NCBI GenBank assembly: GCA_964594835.1
Contig: CAZQNA010000003.1
Coordinates: 96,001 to 160,000 of the forward strand
From: an uncultured Nitrososphaerota archaeon
Lineage (GTDB): Archaea > Korarchaeota > Korarchaeia > Korarchaeales > Korarchaeaceae
DNA: 64,000 bases
Direction: 5' to 3'
In this document: one piece after another, positions 39,156 to 47,922 of the stretch
Layout of the letters: each line of letters starts with the position of its first letter
Numbering within the stretch: the first letter of the stretch is position 1
The notes under the pieces: model-generated
What the model saw: only the letters and a program-made list of their open reading frames with translations
Databases searched by the model: none
Told to the model about the DNA's origin: nothing
Program-made: the position numbers and the translations under genes

Positions 39156-40304
39156 TCAGTCTTGGGACCCCTCCCCCCGGGTCAGGGCCTCGAGGAGGGC
39201 TTCCCTCACCTTCGGGTCGTTCAGGAGGGCCACGATCAGCTCGTTCAACTCCTTCCTCTTCTCCGCGACCCTCCTCCTGGCCCCCTCGGTCAGCGGATAG
39301 CCGCACCTCAGGCAGAATTCTGCGTCTCTCGGGTTCACGTAACCGCAGTTCGGGCATGCCTCTGGCCTCAGGGGGCTCTCCTCGACGCGCTCCTCCTCGG
39401 GCTCGATGTGGTGAACCTTCCTCAATATCGACTCCTCCACGTCCCTCCCGCTCAGGTGGACGTAGACCGCGGCCATGTCGGACGACTGGGTCCAGCCCGC
39501 GAACACTTTCAACTCCTGCTCGGTGAGTTCCCGGGCGAGTTCGGTCAGCCTCGTGTGCCTGAGCATGTGGGGGTGGACCCTCTTCCCGAGCCCCGCCTTC
39601 TCCCCCGCCCTCCTCACCATCTGGTAGAGGGCCGCCCTGGTCAGAGGACTCCCCGCCCTGTCCAGGAAGAGGGGGGCGTCGGGGTCCCCGGGCCTTGGGT
39701 GCACCTGGAGCCAGGCCCGAAGGTAGGGGGCGGAGTCGTGGAGGGGAATGGTCCTGACCCCCGTCTTCCCCCTCACCCTGATCCTGAACCCGTAATCCGT
39801 GAACTCCAAATCTCGCATCCTCAGCGAGCACAGCTCACTCGCCCGCAGGGCGCCCTCGTAGAGCACGGCCATCGCCGCCTTGTGCATCGGGCTCCTGCCA
39901 GCCTTCACCAAAGCCCTGACCTCCTCCGGGCTGAGGACCTTGTCCCTCAGGTCGGTCCTCTTCGGGACCCTGAGCCTGACCTCCCCCCACGCCTCGGGGG
40001 GCTTGCCACCGTTCTTCCACCTCACGAGCGCGCTCAGGCGGGCGTGGTACTGCCAGGCGGTCCTCTCGCTCCTCCCTCCCGCCTTCAACTCCGAGAGGAA
40101 CCTCCTTATCGTCTCCGAGTCGGCTTCCCACGGCGCGGTCCGGGTGATCCGCCACCAGGCGAGGGCCGCGTTCAGCAGGTTGACCTGAGAGTCCAGGGAC
40201 AGGCTCCTCTCCAGCGAATAGGCTCTGATGGCATCTGAGATCTCCTCGGGGAGTTCCCTGAGCCTCCGCTCCACCCTCCCCGACAGGCCCGTTTCCCCGC
40301 CCAT
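39156..40304 (-). CDS. Tyrosine recombinase/integrase with C-terminal Zn ribbon
   Basis: YEGALRASEL, GKTG.R, HPHMLRH, GW...S.M..VY, CPNCG...CLRCG. Confidence 0.94.
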   Translation of the reverse strand: MGGETGLSGRVERRLRELPEEISDAIRAYSLERSLSLDSQVNLLNAALAWWRITRTAPWEADSETIRRFLSELKAGGRSERTAWQYHARLSALVRWKNGGKPPEAWGEVRLRVPKRTDLRDKVLSPEEVRALVKAGRSPMHKAAMAVLYEGALRASELCSLRMRDLEFTDYGFRIRVRGKTGVRTIPLHDSAPYLRAWLQVHPRPGDPDAPLFLDRAGSPLTRAALYQMVRRAGEKAGLGKRVHPHMLRHTRLTELARELTEQELKVFAGWTQSSDMAAVYVHLSGRDVEESILRKVHHIEPEEERVEESPLRPEACPNCGYVNPRDAEFCLRCGYPLTEGARRRVAEKRKELNELIVALLNDPKVREALLEALTRGEGSQD

Positions 40305-40539
40305 CGGGCGGGGCGTCGGACCCCTCCGTTATTAAGGTTGTGGTAACATTAACAATTGGTAGCAATTAACTTTCTAACCTTCAGACTAGGCACTCGCGGT
40401 CGAAGGGCCGACTGGGGCCCTCGCCGAGGTGGGTCGAAAAACTCTCGATCTTATCCCGACGGGCTCCCACACCGAGTTCATGGGCGGCTAAGACGGGCGC
40501 GGACAGGGAGAAGGATGAGAAAAAGGGGAGGAGGCGGCA

Positions 40540-42147
40540 CTACGGCCGCTTCGCCCCACCGGGGGAGGGCGGGCAGGGCGGGCACTCCTCGCACGTGCAG
40601 CACTCCTCAGAGATCACCGCGTTCAGATAGGCCTCCACCCCGGCGGTCACCTGCGTCAGGCTTTCGAGGGCAGCCTCCGCGGACGCCGCAGCCTGCGTCG
40701 CCGCCTGGGCCTGCGCCCATGCCATCGATATCGCCTCGGCGGCCGCCTCCATCGAGGTCGTGGCACTTGCAATGGCCTGCGCGTGTGCCTCCGCCTCCGC
40801 GCTGGCCTCCACAGCCGCAGAGGCCTCCACCCACGCCCTCATGGCCGCGTTCAGGAAGGCGCTCAGGTCCGATGCGGAGACCGTGAAGAAGTGCCTCCCG
40901 CCCACCACCTCGTGGGACTGGACGTGAGCCGTCGCCTCCGCCCAGGCCTCGGCCGCGGCCTCCGCGTGGGCTGATGCCCGCGCGCTGGCCTCCGCTATCG
41001 CCTCCGCGGCCGCCTGGGCGTCGGCGAGGGCTCGCGCCATCGCGGAGACGGCGGACTGTGCCTCAGCCCCGGCAGACGCCAGAGCCTGGTCGGCAGCCTC
41101 CGCCTGAGAACGAACGTAGCCGAACGCGCTCGCCAGGGCCTCGGCCATGCTCCGGGACGCGAACTCCACTGTGTAACACTCGGTGGTCTCCGAGAGGTTT
41201 GTGATGGCTTCCGCGCGGGCCTCGGCCATAGAGGACCGGTTCGCGACGGCTCGAGCCATAGCCATGGCCTCAGCGCGCATATCCCCGATCGCGGAGGCGT
41301 TGGCCTGGGCCCGCCTTAGCTCCTCGGAGATGGCCCGGGCGGCAGCTCTGGCCTCCGACATCCTCCTCTCCGCCGCCTCGGCCGCCCTGTTCGCCACCTC
41401 GGGCGGCACCTCGTCCATCACTATCTCCACCGCCTGGCCGGCGCCTGAGAAGGCGCCCACGCCGTACAGGTAGTCCTCAACCTCCCCCTCCCGGAACTCG
41501 CCGCTCCCGTCCCAGCCGCCCACGTCCGCGAAGGCCGACTCGTCGACGGGCTCGCTGGTGAGGGCTATCCTCATCCAGGCCGGGGGGAACGGGGGAGGCA
41601 CGTTGAGCTCCACCTCCTGCGAGGCGCCGGGCGTCAGGTTCAGCACCTGGTTCCTGACGAACCACTCGTCCCTCCACTCGCCGTCGTGGTTGACGTCGAC
41701 CAGGACGTTGAGGTACCAGGTGGTCCTCCCCGCGCCGGGTCTCAGGCTGACGTTCAGGTAAAGGGGAAGGGGCCGATCCACGGATAGTCCGTCGTCGTAG
41801 GCGTCGTCGTCCACCATGTTGTGCATGCCGTCCGGATCTCCCGGGTCCAGGGCCCCCCTCTCGGAGCTCACCCGCAGGCCGAGGGTGGCGGCGCCGGGGT
41901 TGAGCACCACGATGCCGTGCCCCCCGACCCGGCTGTTCGGGGTGTCGTACCTGGTCGGGAACCTGCCCACCACATCGCCGTAGGGGCGGGCGTACCCGGC
42001 GAGGAAGCCGTCTGGAGCGTCTCCGTAGTCCCCAGACGGTGGGCCAAAAGCGCGCGCGGGGTTGACAGCGGAGCCTAGGAGGAGACCGCTCAGGAGACCC
42101 AGGACTCCGACGAGCCCCAGCAGGGCTTGGGTTGACAGGCTCTTCAT
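40540..42147 (-). CDS. Secreted GEVED-domain protein with Ala-rich helical stalk and Cys-rich tail
   Basis: Signal peptide, DYGDAP, DVNHDGEW, GEVEDY, long Ala-rich region, ECCTCEECPPCPP. Confidence 0.75.
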   Translation of the reverse strand: MKSLSTQALLGLVGVLGLLSGLLLGSAVNPARAFGPPSGDYGDAPDGFLAGYARPYGDVVGRFPTRYDTPNSRVGGHGIVVLNPGAATLGLRVSSERGALDPGDPDGMHNMVDDDAYDDGLSVDRPLPLYLNVSLRPGAGRTTWYLNVLVDVNHDGEWRDEWFVRNQVLNLTPGASQEVELNVPPPFPPAWMRIALTSEPVDESAFADVGGWDGSGEFREGEVEDYLYGVGAFSGAGQAVEIVMDEVPPEVANRAAEAAERRMSEARAAARAISEELRRAQANASAIGDMRAEAMAMARAVANRSSMAEARAEAITNLSETTECYTVEFASRSMAEALASAFGYVRSQAEAADQALASAGAEAQSAVSAMARALADAQAAAEAIAEASARASAHAEAAAEAWAEATAHVQSHEVVGGRHFFTVSASDLSAFLNAAMRAWVEASAAVEASAEAEAHAQAIASATTSMEAAAEAISMAWAQAQAATQAAASAEAALESLTQVTAGVEAYLNAVISEECCTCEECPPCPPSPGGAKRP

Positions 42148-42283
42148 TAAAGATCGGTTTTCTTAAGGGTTTCTTATAACCCTACACGCGCGGAGGTTCA
42201 GGCACCTAACCCCAGAGTCCCGCGAGCCTCCTGCCACGTTGCGTTTCCAGGGGCCTGCCCCATAGGTATGCGCAAACCACCGG

Positions 42284-42907
42284 TCAGTCAACCCCGGAAC
42301 CGCCGACCGCTGCCCTCGTGAGTTCGATGGCCACGTCCACAGCCCTCCTAAGCGTGGCCCCCGGTAGGCTCGGAACCTCCCTGTCCATCCTTGAGGCCAC
42401 CTCTGAGGAGTAGGGGACGTGGATGAACCCCGCGGGGGATCTCAGCCCGAGCGCGTCGATCTCTCTCATGACGAGGTAGGCGATGTAGTTGCACAGGAAC
42501 GTGCCGGCGTGGTGGGACAGCCTGGCCGGGATGCTCTCCCCCCTCAGGACCCTCACGATCTCTCCCGCGGGGAGCGTCAGCCGATAGGCTAGAGGTCCAT
42601 CCGGATCTATGGGCTCGTCCCAGGGGGTAGCTCCGTCTGAGTCCGGGGCCTCCGTGTGGGCCACGTTCAGGGCTATCCTCTCGACCCTGATGAGGGCGCT
42701 CCTCGGGGCGAGGCCGAGGGAAATGACCGCGTCTGGCCTCTCCGACCTGATCAGCCCCCTGATCACCTCGCCGGCCCTCCGGTAGGAGACCGGAAGCACG
42801 ATCCCAATCACGTCGCCCTCGGCCGCGTCCGCCTCCCTGACGAGGGCTTCGGTCGGATTCTCCGGGACGTCGTCCCAACTCTCGAAACCCGTGAGGAGTA
42901 TCCTCAT
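42284..42907 (-). CDS. pcp: Pyroglutamyl peptidase I
   Basis: ILLTGFE, NPT, ERIALN, AGTFLCN, GFIHVP. Confidence 0.93.
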   Translation of the reverse strand: MRILLTGFESWDDVPENPTEALVREADAAEGDVIGIVLPVSYRRAGEVIRGLIRSERPDAVISLGLAPRSALIRVERIALNVAHTEAPDSDGATPWDEPIDPDGPLAYRLTLPAGEIVRVLRGESIPARLSHHAGTFLCNYIAYLVMREIDALGLRSPAGFIHVPYSSEVASRMDREVPSLPGATLRRAVDVAIELTRAAVGGSGVD

Positions 42908-43034
42908 GGCCTTCCCTCCGGATCGAGCGCCGGGCAGACCTAATGAGCCTTCCGGAGGGCCGGGCCAGGGCGCCCGCCCCACCAACTTACCTGGGGACGG
43001 ATCCGTCTCAGAGGGGTCCGCGACCGCGTCGGCG

Positions 43035-43619
43035 TCACCTGGGCAGCCTCGGGTCGAACTCGAACCCGAGAACCGCCAGCAGGGCGGGCTGATGTCGGCC
43101 CCTGGAGTCGCCAGAACCGCCCCCCTTCTCGCCAACGGCCGCGAGGAAGCTCGTGAGGTCGATCCTCGGGAGGGTGCCCCTCCTGGCCCTGTCTATAAGC
43201 GACCCCCGGATGAACCTGGGTAGGAAGGCCCACGCGAGCTTCCCCTCGTCGTCGGCGGCCACCACCCCCCACCTCATGGCGAACGCCCTGAACCTGCCGA
43301 GGTTGACGGAGGCGACCACGTGCGACAGGAGGAGCCTAAGCTCCCTGTAGGGCAGCCACTGAACCCTGAGAATCCTCTTGTTCACGTACACGCGCACGGA
43401 GCTCCCGACCGGCGGAGTCACCTTCCAGGCGCCGAGCCCCGGCAGGTCCCACAGGGATATCTCCATGAGTTCCCCGCTCTGAATGACCTGGACGGACCGC
43501 TGATAGTTCAGTATCCGAAGGCGGGCCAGCTTTATCTCCCCGACGTATCGGTACCCTCCCACGGGCCTGAAGCGTCGGAGTGAGTCCCTGAATCTCTGGT
43601 CGTAGGGCATCACTATCAT
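43035..43619 (-). CDS. Hypothetical protein
   Basis: 194-aa ORF with host codon usage and an upstream TATA-like element. Confidence 0.6.
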   Translation of the reverse strand: MIVMPYDQRFRDSLRRFRPVGGYRYVGEIKLARLRILNYQRSVQVIQSGELMEISLWDLPGLGAWKVTPPVGSSVRVYVNKRILRVQWLPYRELRLLLSHVVASVNLGRFRAFAMRWGVVAADDEGKLAWAFLPRFIRGSLIDRARRGTLPRIDLTSFLAAVGEKGGGSGDSRGRHQPALLAVLGFEFDPRLPR

Positions 43620-43846
43620 GCCCGTGACCCCGGCGGCGCGGAAACTGCTTGTTGTTTAAGTGATCGGTTGGCACAATCTATGTAGGGTAACGGCCATATA
43701 ATTTACTAAACTTCTTCAAATGGGTGGACGGCACGTGAGGGCATATAAGAAAGGCTCGAATTACATTTCCCGATACAAATCAAATGATCAAAATTGGCAA
43801 GATCAACCCTCTAAAACTTCTGTTAAAGTCGAGCTAAGCGCTGAAT

Positions 43847-44692
43847 TTGAGTCAACATTGGGGGGATGGCTTGAACTCCGCGGAGTGGAACCGCGGGGGC
43901 AGCACTTATAGAGGCCCGCGGGCCAGGCAGGAGGGCACCCTGAAGATCGGGAGGATTGAAGGCAGGGTCCCGTGCACTGGTTCTCTCGTTCCAGTCTCCC
44001 TTGAGAAGCTTTGGACGCGCGCGAGAGAAATTGAGAGCAGGCTAATACTCGCCATAGACTTCCTGCGGCCGTCAGGCGGCGTGAAACGAGCCGCCAGAGA
44101 CCTTCTCAGGGAAGTGGCCGAGTTTGCGGCCGGGGTGAAGGTCGGCCTGCCCCTCTCCCTAGAGGTGGGCTGGAACGGGGTGGCCCGGCTGGTCTCCGAG
44201 TTCACCGAGGTGTACTGGCTGGCCGACCTGAAGCTCGCCGACATCCCCGCCGTGGAGGCCAGAGTCGTCCAGAGGCTGGCTGAGATGGGCTTCGACGGGG
44301 CGATCGTGCACCTCTTCCCCATGGGGCTGGGCGAGGTGGTGGACTCGGCGGCCGAGGCGGGCCTCGACGTCGTGGGCGTCGCGGCGATGAGCCACGCGGG
44401 ATCCAGGCTGTTCGAGGAGAACCTCGAGGCGCTGATCTCCCACGCAAGAGAGGTCGACATCCGCGGGATCGTCGTCGGGGCCACCAGGCCCGAGCTCGTC
44501 TGGGCCGTCAGGAGACTGCACCCACTCGCGACGATCCTGTCGCCCGGAGTCGGGGTGCAGGGGGCGAGGCCGGGGGATGGGCTCAGGGCCGGGGCGGACT
44601 TCGAGATAGTCGGCAGGGCGATAACGCTCGCAGAGGATCCCAGGGCGGCGGCGAAATCCGTGGTCGAGGCCCAGAGGGGGTGGGTGTGTTGA
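43847..44692 (+). CDS. pyrF: Orotidine 5'-phosphate decarboxylase (start uncertain; ORF limit given)
   Basis: RLILAID, KVG, DLKLADIP, MSH, VGAT, PGVG.QG, IVGRAI. Confidence 0.93.
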   Translation: MSQHWGDGLNSAEWNRGGSTYRGPRARQEGTLKIGRIEGRVPCTGSLVPVSLEKLWTRAREIESRLILAIDFLRPSGGVKRAARDLLREVAEFAAGVKVGLPLSLEVGWNGVARLVSEFTEVYWLADLKLADIPAVEARVVQRLAEMGFDGAIVHLFPMGLGEVVDSAAEAGLDVVGVAAMSHAGSRLFEENLEALISHAREVDIRGIVVGATRPELVWAVRRLHPLATILSPGVGVQGARPGDGLRAGADFEIVGRAITLAEDPRAAAKSVVEAQRGWVC

Positions 44693-45252
44693 CGCTGGCC
44701 GAAGAGATCGTGAGGCTCGGCCTCCTGAGGTTCGGCAGGTTCAGGCTCTCGTCGGGCATGGAGAGCCCTGTCTACGTGGACCTTAGGGGCGCCTGCTCCC
44801 ACCCTCCCCTATTCAGGGCCATGGTGAGATCCCTCTCCGACCTCGTGAGGCGGGGCCGACACGACGCCGTGTGCGGGGTCGCGGTCTCCGGCCTCCCCCT
44901 GGCGACCGGGGTTGCCCTCGAGCTGGGGCTCCCTCTGCTGTACTGGAGGCCCAGGAGGAAGGACCACGGGACCATGGCCGAGCTCGAGGGGATCGCCGAG
45001 GAGGGGTGGGACGTCGCCGTGGTGGACGACGTCTCCACCACCGGCTCGTCCATACTCCGGGCGGTCTGGGCGCTGAGGCGCGCCGGTGTAAGGGTGCGCT
45101 CGGCCTACGTAGTCGTGGACAGGGGGGAGGGGGCCGAGGAGAGGCTAGGCTCGGAGGGGGTCAGGCTGAGGTGGATCCTGAGGCTGGACGATCTCCTGGA
45201 GAGGGTTTCTCCGGGGGCCCCGGCCGGTCCGGCTCCCGAGGGGGGTGAGTGA
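44680..45252 (+). CDS. pyrE: Orotate phosphoribosyltransferase
   Basis: F.LSSG.ESP.YVDLR, KDHG, VVDDVSTTG.S, VDR. Confidence 0.94.
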   Translation: MGVLTLAEEIVRLGLLRFGRFRLSSGMESPVYVDLRGACSHPPLFRAMVRSLSDLVRRGRHDAVCGVAVSGLPLATGVALELGLPLLYWRPRRKDHGTMAELEGIAEEGWDVAVVDDVSTTGSSILRAVWALRRAGVRVRSAYVVVDRGEGAEERLGSEGVRLRWILRLDDLLERVSPGAPAGPAPEGGE

Positions 45253-46021
45253 CGTGCACAGGCCGGCGGAGGTCAGGGAGGCGGTGAGGCTCACGGACCG
45301 GGTGAACCTCTACGTCCTGGAGCTGGAGGAGCCGCTGGGGTCTGACCCGGGCCAGTTCGTCATGGTCTGGCTACCAGGAGCAGGGGAGATCCCGATAAGC
45401 GTCGCGAGGGAGGTTGGACGCCGAGTCTGGCTCCTGATCGCCAGGGTCGGTGGGGTGACGGGGGAGATCCACGGGTCGGTGGGGTCCGGGTCGAGGCTCT
45501 GGGTGAGGGGGCCGTACGGCAGGGGCTTCAGCGTTGGACCGGGAAGGAGGCTGCTGGTGGGGGGAGGGTACGGGGCCGCCCCCCTGCTCAGGCTGGCGGA
45601 CGCCCTCCGGGGGCTTGGGAGCGGGGTGGAGCTGACCGTCGCCCTGGGTTTCAGGGCGGCCCGGGACGCCCTCCTGATCGAGGAGTTCCGGGAGTTGGCC
45701 GATCGGGTGGTGGTCACCACGGAGGACGGATCCGCCGGCCTGAGGGGGCTCGTCACCGACTTTCTGGATCTGGATCGGGTGGACCTGGTCCAGGCGTCCG
45801 GCCCCGAGCCGATGCTGAGGGCGCTCGCTGGGCTCTGCCTGCCGAGGGGGGTCAGGCTCGAGGTGAGCCTGGAGAGGAGGGTCAGGTGCGGCCTGGGGCT
45901 CTGCGGCGCCTGCGAGGTCGGATCCACCGGGCTGAGGGTCTGCAGGGATGGCCCGGTGTTCGACGCCCGGCTGCTGGGCGCCGACTGGCTCTCGGGTCGG
46001 CTGGTGGAGGTGTGGGCTTGA
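45245..46021 (+). CDS. pyrK: Dihydroorotate dehydrogenase electron transfer subunit
   Basis: PGQFVMVW, RGPYG, GGGYG.AP, GPEPM, CGLGLCGAC...VC.DGPVF. Confidence 0.92.
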   Translation: MSDVHRPAEVREAVRLTDRVNLYVLELEEPLGSDPGQFVMVWLPGAGEIPISVAREVGRRVWLLIARVGGVTGEIHGSVGSGSRLWVRGPYGRGFSVGPGRRLLVGGGYGAAPLLRLADALRGLGSGVELTVALGFRAARDALLIEEFRELADRVVVTTEDGSAGLRGLVTDFLDLDRVDLVQASGPEPMLRALAGLCLPRGVRLEVSLERRVRCGLGLCGACEVGSTGLRVCRDGPVFDARLLGADWLSGRLVEVWA

Positions 46022-47001
46022 GGCCAGCGAGCCCGATCGAGGACTCGGCCCTGAACCGAGCCAAGGGTGTGCGAGCAGGCGCCGGGCTGGAGGTCAGGCT
46101 CGCGGGCCTGAGGCTCGTCAGCCCGGCTGTTCTAACCTCGGGGGTGCTCGGAAACTCGGCGGCGCTGCTCACGAGGGCGGCGAGGTCGGGGGCCGGGGCC
46201 GTGACCACGAAGACGCTGACCCGCCGCCCGAGGGAGGGAAACCCAAACCCGGTGGTCGTCCGGCTGGACGTGGGTCTGCTCAACTCAATGGGCCTCCCCA
46301 ACCCCGGGATCGAGCCCTTCATGGGCGAGATCAGACGCTACAAGTCCCTGAACCTCGGGAGCCCGCTCATCGTGAGCATCTGGTCCGAGGACCCCTCGGA
46401 GGCCGCCGAGATGGCCTCCATGGCCCAGGAGGCCGGCGCCGACGCCCTGGAGGTGAACGTGTCCTGTCCGAACGTCCCCTCCAGGAGGATCAGCTCGGAG
46501 TTCGCCGAGGGGGCGGTCAGGGAGCTGGTCGGCTCGGTGAGCGGGGCGACCCGCCTCCCCGTCTTCGTCAAGCTGCCTCCCCTCCACTGGGGGCTCCCAA
46601 GGCTCGCCGTCGCGGCCGTGGAGGCAGGGGCGGAGGTCCTCGTGGCCACCAACACCCTTCGGGGGATGACCATCGACGTTTACGCGAGGCGCCCCATCCT
46701 GTCCAGCGGGATAGGGGGGCTCTCAGGCCCGGCCCTGAAGCCGGTAGCCCTGAGGGCAGTGTACGAGCTCTACGAGGAGTTCGGCGGATCGGTGCAGATC
46801 GTGGGTGTCGGAGGGGTCGGCGGCTGGAGAGACGCTGTGGAGTACCTCCTGGCCGGGGCCTCATGCGTCGGGATCGGAACGGCGATCCTCTCGAGGGGAC
46901 TGGGGGTGTTCAGGGATGTCGCCGCCGGAATAGAGAGGTACGTGAGGGAGGAGGGCCTCTCCTCGATCTCTGACCTGGTCGGCGCCGCCCACAGGCGCTG
47001 A
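46018..47001 (+). CDS. pyrD: Dihydroorotate dehydrogenase 1B catalytic subunit
   Basis: TKT, GNP.P, NSMGLPNPG, NVSCPN, KL.P, NT, GGLSG. Confidence 0.94.
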   Translation: MRPASPIEDSALNRAKGVRAGAGLEVRLAGLRLVSPAVLTSGVLGNSAALLTRAARSGAGAVTTKTLTRRPREGNPNPVVVRLDVGLLNSMGLPNPGIEPFMGEIRRYKSLNLGSPLIVSIWSEDPSEAAEMASMAQEAGADALEVNVSCPNVPSRRISSEFAEGAVRELVGSVSGATRLPVFVKLPPLHWGLPRLAVAAVEAGAEVLVATNTLRGMTIDVYARRPILSSGIGGLSGPALKPVALRAVYELYEEFGGSVQIVGVGGVGGWRDAVEYLLAGASCVGIGTAILSRGLGVFRDVAAGIERYVREEGLSSISDLVGAAHRR

Positions 47002-47088
47002 CGCGAGTCGGCGAGGCCTTCGAAAGAGGAACAAGAAAGTCGGCCGGGGAGGCCCCCGGCCGAGCGACGGCCCAGCAGACCCGCGGGC

Positions 47089-47748
47089 TCAGGAGACCTT
47101 CTTGTGGCAGAGCCACCAGTCGAAGCACTCGATCTTCCCGGTCTTGGCCTCCTCGAGCCTCTTCTTGGCGGTCTCCTCGTCGGAGGCGGGCGGGACGATC
47201 ACATGGTCGCCGACCAGCTCGTTCTCGGGCCAGTTGGCGGGAATGGCCACGCCGTGCTTGTCGGACACCTGGAACCCCCTGATCATCCTCAGTATCTCGT
47301 CCATGTTCCTTCCGAGCTCCTGCGGGTAGTAGAGGATCGCCCTGATGATGCCCTTGGGGTCTACTATGAAGACGGCCCTGACGGTGTTGGTCCCCTTGCC
47401 GGGGTGGATCAGGCCGAGGGCGCTGGAGACCTTGCCCAGGTCGTCCGCTATTATCGGGAACTTGATTTCGACCCCCAGATTCTCCTTGATCCACTCGACC
47501 CACTTGATGTGGCTGAAGACCTGGTCGATGCTGAGTCCGATGAGCTCGGTGTTGAGCTCCTTGAACTTCTCGTACCTCTTCTGGAAGGCGACGAACTCGG
47601 TGGTGCAGACTGGCGTGAAGTCGGCGGGGTGACTGAACAGGATGAACCACTTGCCCGCGAAGTGGTCGGGGAGCTTGATCTTGCCGTGGGTCGTCTGGAC
47701 CTCTAGGGTCGGGAACTTCTCACCCAGTAGTGGAATCCTTCCCTCCAT
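47089..47748 (-). CDS. Peroxiredoxin (Prx6 / archaeal TPx type)
   Basis: [33 protein letters not shown]. Confidence 0.96.
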   Translation of the reverse strand: MEGRIPLLGEKFPTLEVQTTHGKIKLPDHFAGKWFILFSHPADFTPVCTTEFVAFQKRYEKFKELNTELIGLSIDQVFSHIKWVEWIKENLGVEIKFPIIADDLGKVSSALGLIHPGKGTNTVRAVFIVDPKGIIRAILYYPQELGRNMDEILRMIRGFQVSDKHGVAIPANWPENELVGDHVIVPPASDEETAKKRLEEAKTGKIECFDWWLCHKKVS

Positions 47749-47922
47749 GATACCACCTGCTAACCCCCTAGGTTATGATATTATAAGTATTGCCTTCGCC
47801 GTCCTAACTGACGGAGGGCCACGGGACCGTTTCGGGGAAATGGGTCCACCTTCGATCTCTTTCTCAGGAATAGCGTGAACGTTTATCCCTAGAGAAGGGA
47901 AAAAGAGAAAAATTAGGGGGGC

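Larger units (their letters stand above)
21900..40380. mobile_element. Integrated plasmid/satellite-like element (ends approximate)
   Basis: Tyrosine integrase, RHH, Prim-Pol/helicase, resolvase, ATPase, RM and nuclease cargo; more CGN/AT-rich codons than the flanks; no att repeat found. Confidence 0.82.

Noticed and set aside
43620-43900. Chromosomal origin (AT-rich gap with ORB-like GTGGAACCGCGGGGG)
   Set aside because: Single weak match and no cdc6/orc1 nearby; divergent promoters explain the composition
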